A DNA stretch of 32,710 bases. Source: a virus (lineage: Duplodnaviria > Caudoviricetes). Positions within the stretch are counted from its first letter, which is position 1; every line of letters starts with the position of its first letter. The position numbers and the translations under genes were made by a program. The DNA lies in the IMG/VR virus record IMGVR_UViG_3300032277_000045, positions 1-32,710 of that record. One strand, given 5' to 3'. The notes beneath the pieces are model-generated. The model saw only the letters and a list, made by a program, of their open reading frames with translations, had not been told where the DNA came from and ran no database searches. This document shows positions 8,810-15,390 of the stretch, piece by piece.

Positions 8810-8920
8810 CACTGTATAAATACCCAGTACCAATCTGTTACCGGTAACACTTCTGCGGTAACACAGTAACACTTTACGGTAACAAGGTAACACTCCAGGC
8901 ACTGTATAAATACCCAGTAC
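8810..8920. promoter_or_regulatory. Two identical LexA (SOS)-box-like sites within a 21-bp direct repeat
   Basis: CACTGTATAAATACCCAGTAC at 8810-8830 and 8900-8920. The core CTG-N10-CAG, flanked as in consensus TACTG(TA)5CAGTA. Confidence 0.7.
8836..8893. repeat. (G/A)GTAACA(C/A) repeat array with perfect palindrome TGTTACCGGTAACA
   Basis: Units at 8843, 8857, 8865, 8878 and 8886; palindrome at 8836-8849. Confidence 0.8.
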
Positions 8921-8958
8921 ATTGGCTACAGACCGCGTAAACCCTAGCATCTTAAAAC

Positions 8959-8975
8959 TTGGCATAGTCTCTGCA
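8959..8975 (+). promoter_or_regulatory. Candidate sigma-54 (-24/-12) promoter for the early operon
   Basis: TTGGCATAGTCTCTGCA: GG (8961-62)-N10-GC (8973-74), compared with consensus YTGGCACG-N4-TTGCW. Lies ~45 bp before ATG 9019 with its AAGGA RBS. Confidence 0.55.
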
Positions 8976-9018
8976 TTGTATTTGATCACAACAAACAAAA
9001 CACAAGGAATAAAATATT

Positions 9019-9309
9019 ATGTACATACTCGCAAAACCCGTAGAAACAGAAACTTATCAAACAGATCGCCATATACTTCGCAGAACTAAATGCAATGAAG
9101 TATCTGTTTCCGAATATCAGTCTAAAACTAGCGACTATCACTCGATTGCTTGCAGTATGCATAATATCGATTTTGACAGCATAAAAACAAGAAATAGAAC
9201 ATTGAAATTAGAAAATGGCGATACAGTAAAATCCAAGATGATTTCTTTTAGAGGTAGAGATGGCGTGCGCCATGAGCTGGTATTGTTTGCTCCGCATCAT
9301 CGAAAATAG
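9019..9309 (+). CDS. Hypothetical early protein
   Basis: 96-aa ORF with AAGGA RBS; first plus-strand gene. Confidence 0.65.
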   Translation: MYILAKPVETETYQTDRHILRRTKCNEVSVSEYQSKTSDYHSIACSMHNIDFDSIKTRNRTLKLENGDTVKSKMISFRGRDGVRHELVLFAPHHRK

Positions 9310-9377
9310 AGCAATACTCAATGCCGTTTTAACGAGCGGCATTCATGAATTGTTTTAATAACTAGGGGATATCAATT

Positions 9378-10097
9378 ATGAAATTATTAGACACTGGTAG
9401 TGGTAACACTAAAATCCGCAAAAATAACCGAGATACTAAAATCCGAGTAGCGGGATTATCTCTCTATCCTAATGATTCGTTATGTCCTATGCGACATATT
9501 GCACAATGCGCCAAAACTTGTTTGGTGAGTAGTGGGCGTGGCGGTTTTGATAATGTAAGGAATGGCCGACAAGCTAAAACCGATTTTTATATGAATGATC
9601 GATCGGGATTCATTGCACAATTAAAGAAGGAATTAACCAATTTTGAAAAGCTTTGCACCAAAAATAATGTAATTCCCTATGTCCGGCTAAATGTGATATC
9701 GGATATTCAATGGGAATTAGCTACAAATGGATCAATCCCTAAAAGCTTTCCGCAGATTAATTTTTACGACTACACCAAACTAGCCAAAAGATTGGGAAAA
9801 ACTCCTATTAACTATGAATTAATGTTCAGCTATTCAAAAGCTGCAGCATATGCAACTCAGGTCGATAAAGCACTACAAACCGATGTGCCAATGTCCGTAG
9901 TTTTCCATGGTGATATGCCGACAGTATTTATGGGAAAACGTGTGGTAGATGGTGATAGCAGTGATATAGAAAACCTGAAGCACAAGGGGTGCGTCATCGG
10001 CCTAAAATACAAGCTAGCAAAAGGGCAAAATATAAACCCATTAGATGAAGTCTTTATAGTGAAGGCCGATACAATACCGCTATTAAACATAGCATAA
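9378..10097 (+). CDS. GP88-like protein
   Basis: Cys pattern 'LCP.....CAKTCL..SGRG', plus 'RLNVISDI.W', 'FYDYTK', 'NYEL.FS.S' and 'VVDGD.SD....G..IGLK.K'. Confidence 0.7.
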   Translation: MKLLDTGSGNTKIRKNNRDTKIRVAGLSLYPNDSLCPMRHIAQCAKTCLVSSGRGGFDNVRNGRQAKTDFYMNDRSGFIAQLKKELTNFEKLCTKNNVIPYVRLNVISDIQWELATNGSIPKSFPQINFYDYTKLAKRLGKTPINYELMFSYSKAAAYATQVDKALQTDVPMSVVFHGDMPTVFMGKRVVDGDSSDIENLKHKGCVIGLKYKLAKGQNINPLDEVFIVKADTIPLLNIA

Positions 10098-10114
10098 AAG
10101 GAGAGGTATAAATC

Positions 10115-10261
10115 ATGACAGATCAAAAAATAAGAGTGCAAACAATTAAACAATGGCCGAATTCAAAACTGATAGTCTGGGTTAATGGGGAAATAGATTC
10201 CATTCATTACGAGGCATCGATAGCTTATAAGAGAGCGGAATATTTAAGGGGGATAGCATGA
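10115..10261 (+). CDS. 48-aa hypothetical early protein
   Basis: Strong RBS AGGAGAGG. Translates as MTDQKIRVQTIKQWPNSKLIVWVNGEIDSIHYEASIAYKRAEYLRGIA, with ATGA overlap to the next gene. Confidence 0.6.
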   Translation: MTDQKIRVQTIKQWPNSKLIVWVNGEIDSIHYEASIAYKRAEYLRGIA

Positions 10262-10551
10262 AAATTGATCCAATATATTTATTAAGCGAAATTCCGAACG
10301 ATGAAGAGGGAAGGGCTTTTGTTAAGCAATTGAAAAAGTATCTTAATAAAAGCACTTGGGATATCAAAGTGAGAGGGCAGCATCTTAAGAAGGGGTTGGA
10401 TTGGAAAGATTACCGTTATGGTCAGCCAATCGATTGTTCTACTCACTTGCGATTGTATGTGAATTCTAAGAAACCCAAAGCGGCAACGGCACAAGGGTTT
10501 GCCGACAGCGTTCAAAGCCATAGCTCTTACTATAGAAACAGCACATATTGA
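10258..10551 (+). CDS. Hypothetical early protein
   Basis: 97 aa, GGGGGA RBS, translationally coupled. Confidence 0.65.
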   Translation: MKIDPIYLLSEIPNDEEGRAFVKQLKKYLNKSTWDIKVRGQHLKKGLDWKDYRYGQPIDCSTHLRLYVNSKKPKAATAQGFADSVQSHSSYYRNSTY

Positions 10552-10574
10552 ACTCAAAATAAAAGGAGAAATTT

Positions 10575-11216
10575 GTGAAGCAAATATTAATAGCAATGGA
10601 ATATAGCGGAGTCAGCCGAAAAGCTTTTGAGAAGGTAGCAAGCGACAATAACTACGATTGGAACGTAGTAAGCTGCGACCTCCTACCAGCCGATGATGGG
10701 GCAGAGAATCACATACAAGGGGATGCGTTGGACGTTATACAGTCTAAGCATTGGGATTTAATCCTGATACATCCACCATGCACGGCCCTAGCTGTCTCCG
10801 GCAATGCATGGTACGGCAATGGCATGAAAAAGAATGCCGAGCGATTAGAAGCTATCAAATGGACTACAAATTTATGGGATTTAGTCTGCGACAATAGCGA
10901 CTACGCAATCATGGAAAATCCAGTAGGGGTTCTACCATTCAAGCCAACACAGTATATCCAGCCCTATGAATTCGGCCATCCTGAGTCTAAGAAAACAGGG
11001 CTATGGCTGCATAACTTGCCTAAGCTGCGGCCTGCCGATGATGTTAAGGCAATCCATGACGCACTACCCAAAAAAGATAGAATGAAAATGCACTATCTAT
11101 CGCCATCTAAAGATCGCTGGAAAATTAGGTCTAAAACCTATGAAGGTATAGGCCGAGCAATAGCGAGACAGCATGGGATATTTGTAAACAATGAGCCAGT
11201 CTATGACGTTAAATAA
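10575..11216 (+). CDS. Compact DNA cytosine-C5 methyltransferase-like protein
   Basis: 'IAMEYSG' (motif I variant), 'SCDL', 'WDLILIHPPCT' (PC catalytic motif), 'ENPVG', 'QPYEFGH..SKKT.LW' and 'RSKTY.GI..A.A.Q'. Confidence 0.7.
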   Translation: MKQILIAMEYSGVSRKAFEKVASDNNYDWNVVSCDLLPADDGAENHIQGDALDVIQSKHWDLILIHPPCTALAVSGNAWYGNGMKKNAERLEAIKWTTNLWDLVCDNSDYAIMENPVGVLPFKPTQYIQPYEFGHPESKKTGLWLHNLPKLRPADDVKAIHDALPKKDRMKMHYLSPSKDRWKIRSKTYEGIGRAIARQHGIFVNNEPVYDVK

Positions 11217-11226
11217 AGGGGATAAT

Positions 11227-11412
11227 ATGACGTACCAACAAGCACTTACTAAAGCCTTGCAGCTGGCTATAACTGCGCCAGAAAACAGGCTGACAGACTC
11301 TCTAAGGCTGGTAGATGAGCTTGCAGAGCTATGCACACCAACCGAGGTAGTCCAGGCACAAAGTGAAGCACTTAAAATATTAAGTCAAGGGGATGAAAAT
11401 GAAATTAATTAA
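11227..11412 (+). CDS. Hypothetical small helical protein
   Basis: Start MTYQQALTKALQLAITAP after an AGGGGA RBS. Confidence 0.6.
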   Translation: MTYQQALTKALQLAITAPENRLTDSLRLVDELAELCTPTEVVQAQSEALKILSQGDENEIN

Positions 11413-11497
11413 AAGAGTTCTAGTCGAACTGGCATCTGCCATTGTAGTCTCTAGTCTTTTCCTACTAGTTGCAGCATTATTTTTCGGTGTGATATGA
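11399..11497 (+). CDS. 32-aa single-TM peptide
   Basis: Translates as MKLIKRVLVELASAIVVSSLFLLVAALFFGVI. AGGGGA RBS; ATGA overlap with the next ORF. Confidence 0.5.
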   Translation: MKLIKRVLVELASAIVVSSLFLLVAALFFGVI

Positions 11498-11682
11498 AAG
11501 TCTTTATATGCTATGACTGCGAAAAGATACTACCATCGACTGATGCGGTGAACGAGGTGATTGACGGCTTGGCACTATGCCGAGCATGTAATCGTTCGCT
11601 TGAAATAGAGCTTGGAAGGGGATCGCGTGAGCGGCCACTACAGGCCAGCAAAATCCATAGGATAGATGAATTGGTAGATTAA
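11494..11682 (+). CDS. Small CxxC...CxxC zinc-finger protein
   Basis: CYDC and CRAC motifs. Confidence 0.55.
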   Translation: MKVFICYDCEKILPSTDAVNEVIDGLALCRACNRSLEIELGRGSRERPLQASKIHRIDELVD

Positions 11683-11788
11683 GGGTTGCCCCCTCTTGCG
11701 AAGGGGCGTGATTACAAACGCAAAGGGGGAGGATGAGCAGTAATCTGTGATAGGTTACTGCCCCCGCTGATATTTTACAAGGGATATT

Positions 11789-12202
11789 ATGGCAGATATT
11801 GACCTATTGCTTTCAGCCCTCGACGGTGTGAAAGCTACTAGCAAAAGGGACGGGCATCGCCGCTGGATGGCACTATGCCCTAGTCATGCCGACAAGGGTG
11901 CATCTCTATCAATCCGCGAGTCAAATGATCGGGTGCTGATTCACTGCTTTGCAGGCTGTGGAGCAGTGGACATTCTGGACTCTGTCGGATTAGATTTCGG
12001 TGTATTGCAGCCGGTCACTGAGAATTACAAGCCACTCTTTAAGAAATCCACTGATGATACCTTAGCTATTGCCGAGTCTATCATTGAGTTACTACCGAAA
12101 ACTTTAGAAGCAGGGGCCAGGCTATCCTCGAAGGATAAGCAGGATATTATCAACGCTAAAATACTAATCGCGAGGAGGAATAAGCAATGGGAGGATGGAT
12201 AA
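11789..12202 (+). CDS. Primase-type CHC2 zinc-binding domain protein (no TOPRIM domain)
   Basis: 'W.ALCPSH.D...SLSI.....VLIHCFAGC....I...GL'. Confidence 0.8.
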   Translation: MADIDLLLSALDGVKATSKRDGHRRWMALCPSHADKGASLSIRESNDRVLIHCFAGCGAVDILDSVGLDFGVLQPVTENYKPLFKKSTDDTLAIAESIIELLPKTLEAGARLSSKDKQDIINAKILIARRNKQWEDG

Positions 12203-12816
12203 AATTAGACAGGGCTATGCTAGAACACTGGGTCTGGCAAGATGCCGACACACTAAAGATGTGGCTGGAAATGTTAATGAGAGCTAACTTTGAAGATAAG
12301 AAAAGGCTGTTCAATGGACGGCTAATTGATATCAAAAGAGGTCAGCTAATCTTTGGTCGCAAGGTGTACGCCGAGCGTCTTGGCATCAACGAAAACAAAA
12401 TCAGAAAAATTTTAAAACTGTTAGAAAAAGATGGCATGATCCACCAACAAACTACCAATAAATATACAGTAATATCAATAACTTCCTATGATTTATATCA
12501 GGAAGTCACCAGCAAAGCACCAACAAAGCACCAACAAAGCACCAGCAAAGCACCACACCTTAAGAATGATAAGAACATAAAGAAAGAAAAGAATACTAAT
12601 AAGCGGTTCACACCGCCCACACCTGAACAAGTTACTGAATACTGTCAGTCGCGAGGAAATGGTATCAAGGGTGATCGTTTCGTGGATTGGTATGCCACTC
12701 GCGGCTGGAAGGTTGGCAGCGCACAGATGAAGGATTGGAAAGCAGCAGTCAGGACATGGGAGCAGCGCAAGCGTGACTCTGCGAAAGATGATGATAATTG
12801 GGAGGTGAGTCGATGA
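12187..12816 (+). CDS. Phage replication initiator (lambda O/replisome-organiser-like)
   Basis: N-terminal 'GWIKLDR....HW.W.D...W..ML..AN...RGQ' wHTH, a central iteron-encoded linker, and C-terminal 'FTPPT.EQV..YC...F.DWY...GW.VG...MKDWKAAVRTWE'. Confidence 0.85.
   Translation: MGGWIKLDRAMLEHWVWQDADTLKMWLEMLMRANFEDKKRLFNGRLIDIKRGQLIFGRKVYAERLGINENKIRKILKLLEKDGMIHQQTTNKYTVISITSYDLYQEVTSKAPTKHQQSTSKAPHLKNDKNIKKEKNTNKRFTPPTPEQVTEYCQSRGNGIKGDRFVDWYATRGWKVGSAQMKDWKAAVRTWEQRKRDSAKDDDNWEVSR
12507..12555 (+). repeat. Replication origin iterons: 11-bp CACCA(G/A)CAAAG x4.5 inside the initiator gene
   Basis: Units at 12507, 12518, 12529, 12540 and a partial at 12551, with an extra copy near 12442. An A-rich tract follows at 12561-12602. 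Confidence 0.8.
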
Positions 12817-13766
12817 TTAATATACCGGAAGGATTAGATTACGATGAATACGTGGAGTTACTGGGGAGCCTGGAATCACAAGACTTAAAGTCTAGCGGTC
12901 ACTGGCGGGATGAGTTACTTGCATACAATAACACTGACCATATTGCTTATGGCGACAAGCTACCCTTCCCGAAATCTTTTGAGTTATTCAGATACAGACC
13001 ATCAGAAATGACTCTGGTCACTGGCTACAATGGCAGCAAGAAATCAATGATTCTAGGCCAGATCATGCTACACCTCGCGAAGACTAGGAAGGTGTGCATC
13101 TGTAGCTTAGAGATGCAGCCCACAGTGACTTTGCACAGGATGCTAATGCAGGCAGCAGGGGCGCAGCAGGGCAGGCCATCGGATGAGTTTGTGCAGCGGT
13201 TCATGGATTGGGCGCAAGATCGGATATATATCTTTGACGCGCTGGATACTTTGCCGCCCGAAAGAATTATTGGATTTATCCAGTACGCTACCAAAGAGCT
13301 AGGTTGTGAGCATGTAGTATTGGATTCACTGAGCAAAATCGCTTTGAAATATGACGATTACAATCAGCAGAATGAATTTATTAACAAGATGCAGTATATC
13401 GTTAAGCGCAACCAGGCCCACCTGCACATCGTGACGCACGTTAAGAAGCCAATGCATGATGATGAATCCATCACACCTTCGCGATACAGTATAAGGGGCG
13501 CGGGTTCTCTGTCCGACATGGCCGACAATGTGATTATCATCCAGCCTAATCGTAAGCGGGAGACTCTTAAAGAGATAGCTACCATGCGTGATCTCGATGA
13601 GAAGCAACAGGATTATCTCGCGAAGTCATATGATCATCAGATTGTCATCGCGAAGCAGCGACATGGAGCCTGGGAGGGGAATTTAAACTTCTATTTCCAC
13701 GGCAATTCACTCCAGTTGACGGAGCGGGAGGGGTATCCTCACCAGTTTACCCTAGATGAGGAGTAA
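12813..13766 (+). CDS. DnaB/T7 gp4-like SF4 replicative helicase
   Basis: Walker A variant 'TGYNGSKKS', 'SLEM', 'VVLDSL', 'HIVTH.KK', 'IRGAGSLSD.ADNV' and 'IAKQRHG.WEG'. ATG at 12813 overlaps the initiator stop. Confidence 0.9.
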   Translation: MINIPEGLDYDEYVELLGSLESQDLKSSGHWRDELLAYNNTDHIAYGDKLPFPKSFELFRYRPSEMTLVTGYNGSKKSMILGQIMLHLAKTRKVCICSLEMQPTVTLHRMLMQAAGAQQGRPSDEFVQRFMDWAQDRIYIFDALDTLPPERIIGFIQYATKELGCEHVVLDSLSKIALKYDDYNQQNEFINKMQYIVKRNQAHLHIVTHVKKPMHDDESITPSRYSIRGAGSLSDMADNVIIIQPNRKRETLKEIATMRDLDEKQQDYLAKSYDHQIVIAKQRHGAWEGNLNFYFHGNSLQLTEREGYPHQFTLDEE

Positions 13767-14014
13767 ATAAACGGACATGTTTTAATAAATGTGTCCGGAC
13801 TATCTGAGCCTCCAAAACGATCCGCTAGTTATAAAGGGTCACATCTCTAATAAATATACTTATTAGAGAACTGAGCCTTTTAACGTCACTAAATTGTAGG
13901 TTAAGTGAGTAGGTTTTGGAGTCGAATGAGTAGGTTTTGGAAACACGTGAAGGTTTTTCGTAACACGTGAAGGTTTTGCAGGTTTACGTGAAGGTTTCGT
14001 GAAGGTTTATTTTT
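13767..14014. repeat. Non-coding mosaic of palindromes and short direct repeats
   Basis: Inverted repeats at 13772-13797 and 13844-13869. TGAGTAGGTTTTGGA x2 (13906, 13927), AACACGTGAAGGTTTT x2 (13942, 13962), CGTGAAGGTTT x2 tandem (13987, 13998). Confidence 0.8.
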
Positions 14015-14251
14015 TTATCTAAGCCTCCAAAACGATCCGCGAGTAGAATGTTCTAGCTTAAATGTCTGTGGCTTCCCCGTTGGACTTAGCATAGTCACCT
14101 CAGAGCCTTCTAGGGGGGTGCAGGAGCGCGTTTCGTCATATGGCCCTACCCTATGCATGTCAAAACCTGTAACGCCTGAAAACACCTCTCCACAGGCTCC
14201 GCAGCGACAGTAACTCCCACCTATTTTTAATTTGTATGTGCTTACTGGCAT
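14015..14251 (-). CDS. FDxHR-type zinc-binding phage protein
   Basis: 'C.CGACGEVFSGVTGFDMHRVG.....R.C'; AGGAG RBS; oriented opposite to its neighbours. Confidence 0.7.
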   Translation of the reverse strand: MPVSTYKLKIGGSYCRCGACGEVFSGVTGFDMHRVGPYDETRSCTPLEGSEVTMLSPTGKPQTFKLEHSTRGSFWRLR

Positions 14252-14312
14252 AGCTTTCTCCTGTTGATTAGAAATTCATATAAATATATCTGAAATATAT
14301 CTGAGATTATTG

Positions 14313-14342
14313 TTGACAGCAACAATTGTTAGGGATTATTAT
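14313..14342 (+). promoter_or_regulatory. Sigma-70-type promoter for the recombination operon
   Basis: TTGACA (14313-18)-18 bp-TATTAT (14337-42). Palindrome AACAATTGTT in the spacer; AT-rich tandem AAATATATCTG x2 upstream (14282-14303). Confidence 0.7.
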
Positions 14343-14366
14343 TTTATCAACGTCTGGGAGGATGCT

Positions 14367-14645
14367 ATGCAAATCAAAGAACACATCGATCTTTACAACT
14401 CCGAATCACCTGTTTCTATTGCACAATCTCAAGCTCTGCAAGACTGCTTGGAATCGATTGTGACACTTCTTGCTGCACCAATCTCTGTCAATCAATCTAA
14501 GCTAAATGAAACATTTGGCTTGATGATTCTCGATGCCATTCAGCTAGAGGTTGAAGAGTTTTATGAGGAATATCAAGCAGATATGCAGTTTGAAATGACT
14601 CAGCAAGAGTCTGATGAAGAAGCTGGCTTCAAGAGGGGTGAGTAA
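14367..14645 (+). CDS. Acidic hypothetical protein
   Basis: True start is likely ATG 14367 (GGAGGA RBS); very acidic C-terminal half. Confidence 0.6.
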   Translation: MQIKEHIDLYNSESPVSIAQSQALQDCLESIVTLLAAPISVNQSKLNETFGLMILDAIQLEVEEFYEEYQADMQFEMTQQESDEEAGFKRGE

Positions 14646-14824
14646 TGGATAACTCTTTTAGCCTTGCCCAACAAGCAACAACAAAAGCTCAATGGGATTG
14701 GAAAGACGGAAGTGAAGAAAATGTTTATCAACCTGGATCAGAAGCATGGAAATCTTATCGCAATGCTTGGCTTGATCTATACCTAACAGCGTTGCACATA
14801 GAACAACAGGAGCCAGAAGTATGA
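14645..14824 (+). CDS. 59-aa hypothetical protein
   Basis: Translates as MDNSFSLAQQATTKAQWDWKDGSEENVYQPGSEAWKSYRNAWLDLYLTALHIEQQEPEV. Overlaps at both ends (TAATG, ATGA). Confidence 0.6.
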   Translation: MDNSFSLAQQATTKAQWDWKDGSEENVYQPGSEAWKSYRNAWLDLYLTALHIEQQEPEV

Positions 14825-15390
14825 GCCTAATTAATATTCAACAGAAATTAAAAGCCCGAAAAGGCCAGAGAAATTCGTTTGGTAATTATAACTATCGTTC
14901 GGCAGAAGATATTTTAGAGTCTGTTAAGCCCCTGTTAGCAGAAGCCGAGATGTATCTAACAATTAGTGATTCTTTGGAGTATATCGGTGATCGATATTAC
15001 ATCAAGGCTACCGCTGTTCTGCGATCTCTTGACAACCATTTTGTTGCAGACGCTACAGGCTACGCGAGAGAGGCTGACAGCAGAAAGGGTATGGACGTTA
15101 GCCAGATTACCGGAGCTACGTCTAGTTACGCTAGAAAGTACGCCCTGAACGGTCTATTCGCTATCGATGATGGCAAGGATGCAGACTCGCGAGACAATAC
15201 GAAGGAAGACTCAACAGAAACTGAGAAGCCTTGGTTGACAGAGAGCGAATTTGAGAGCTGGCATGGTGCTATGAAAGATCAGATAGACAGCAAGACCAAA
15301 ACAGTATATGAAGTTATCGCATCTCTCAAAAAGAAATATAAACTCAGCCCGAAAATAGTGTCTGAAATCAAACAGATGGCATCTGTATGA
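14821..15390 (+). CDS. erf: ERF-family ssDNA-annealing recombinase
   Basis: 'IQQKLKA.K.Q.N.FG.YNYRSAEDILE.VKPLL' and 'SQITGATSSYARKYALNGLFAIDD..DAD'. Confidence 0.9.
   Translation: MSLINIQQKLKARKGQRNSFGNYNYRSAEDILESVKPLLAEAEMYLTISDSLEYIGDRYYIKATAVLRSLDNHFVADATGYAREADSRKGMDVSQITGATSSYARKYALNGLFAIDDGKDADSRDNTKEDSTETEKPWLTESEFESWHGAMKDQIDSKTKTVYEVIASLKKKYKLSPKIVSEIKQMASV

Noticed and set aside
8660-8920. Mini-CRISPR interpretation of the paired repeats
   Set aside because: Two different repeats of 20-21 bp, two copies each, spacers of 27 and 69 bp, and no cas genes; operator-like sequences fit better.
8507-8998. ORFs 8507-8731 and 8705-8998
   Set aside because: No clear RBS; the peptide repeats (VLGIYTV, IERT/NERS) merely reflect the DNA repeats of the control region.
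13900-14010. CRISPR array
   Set aside because: Spacers of only 0-9 bp and repeats that drift in sequence.
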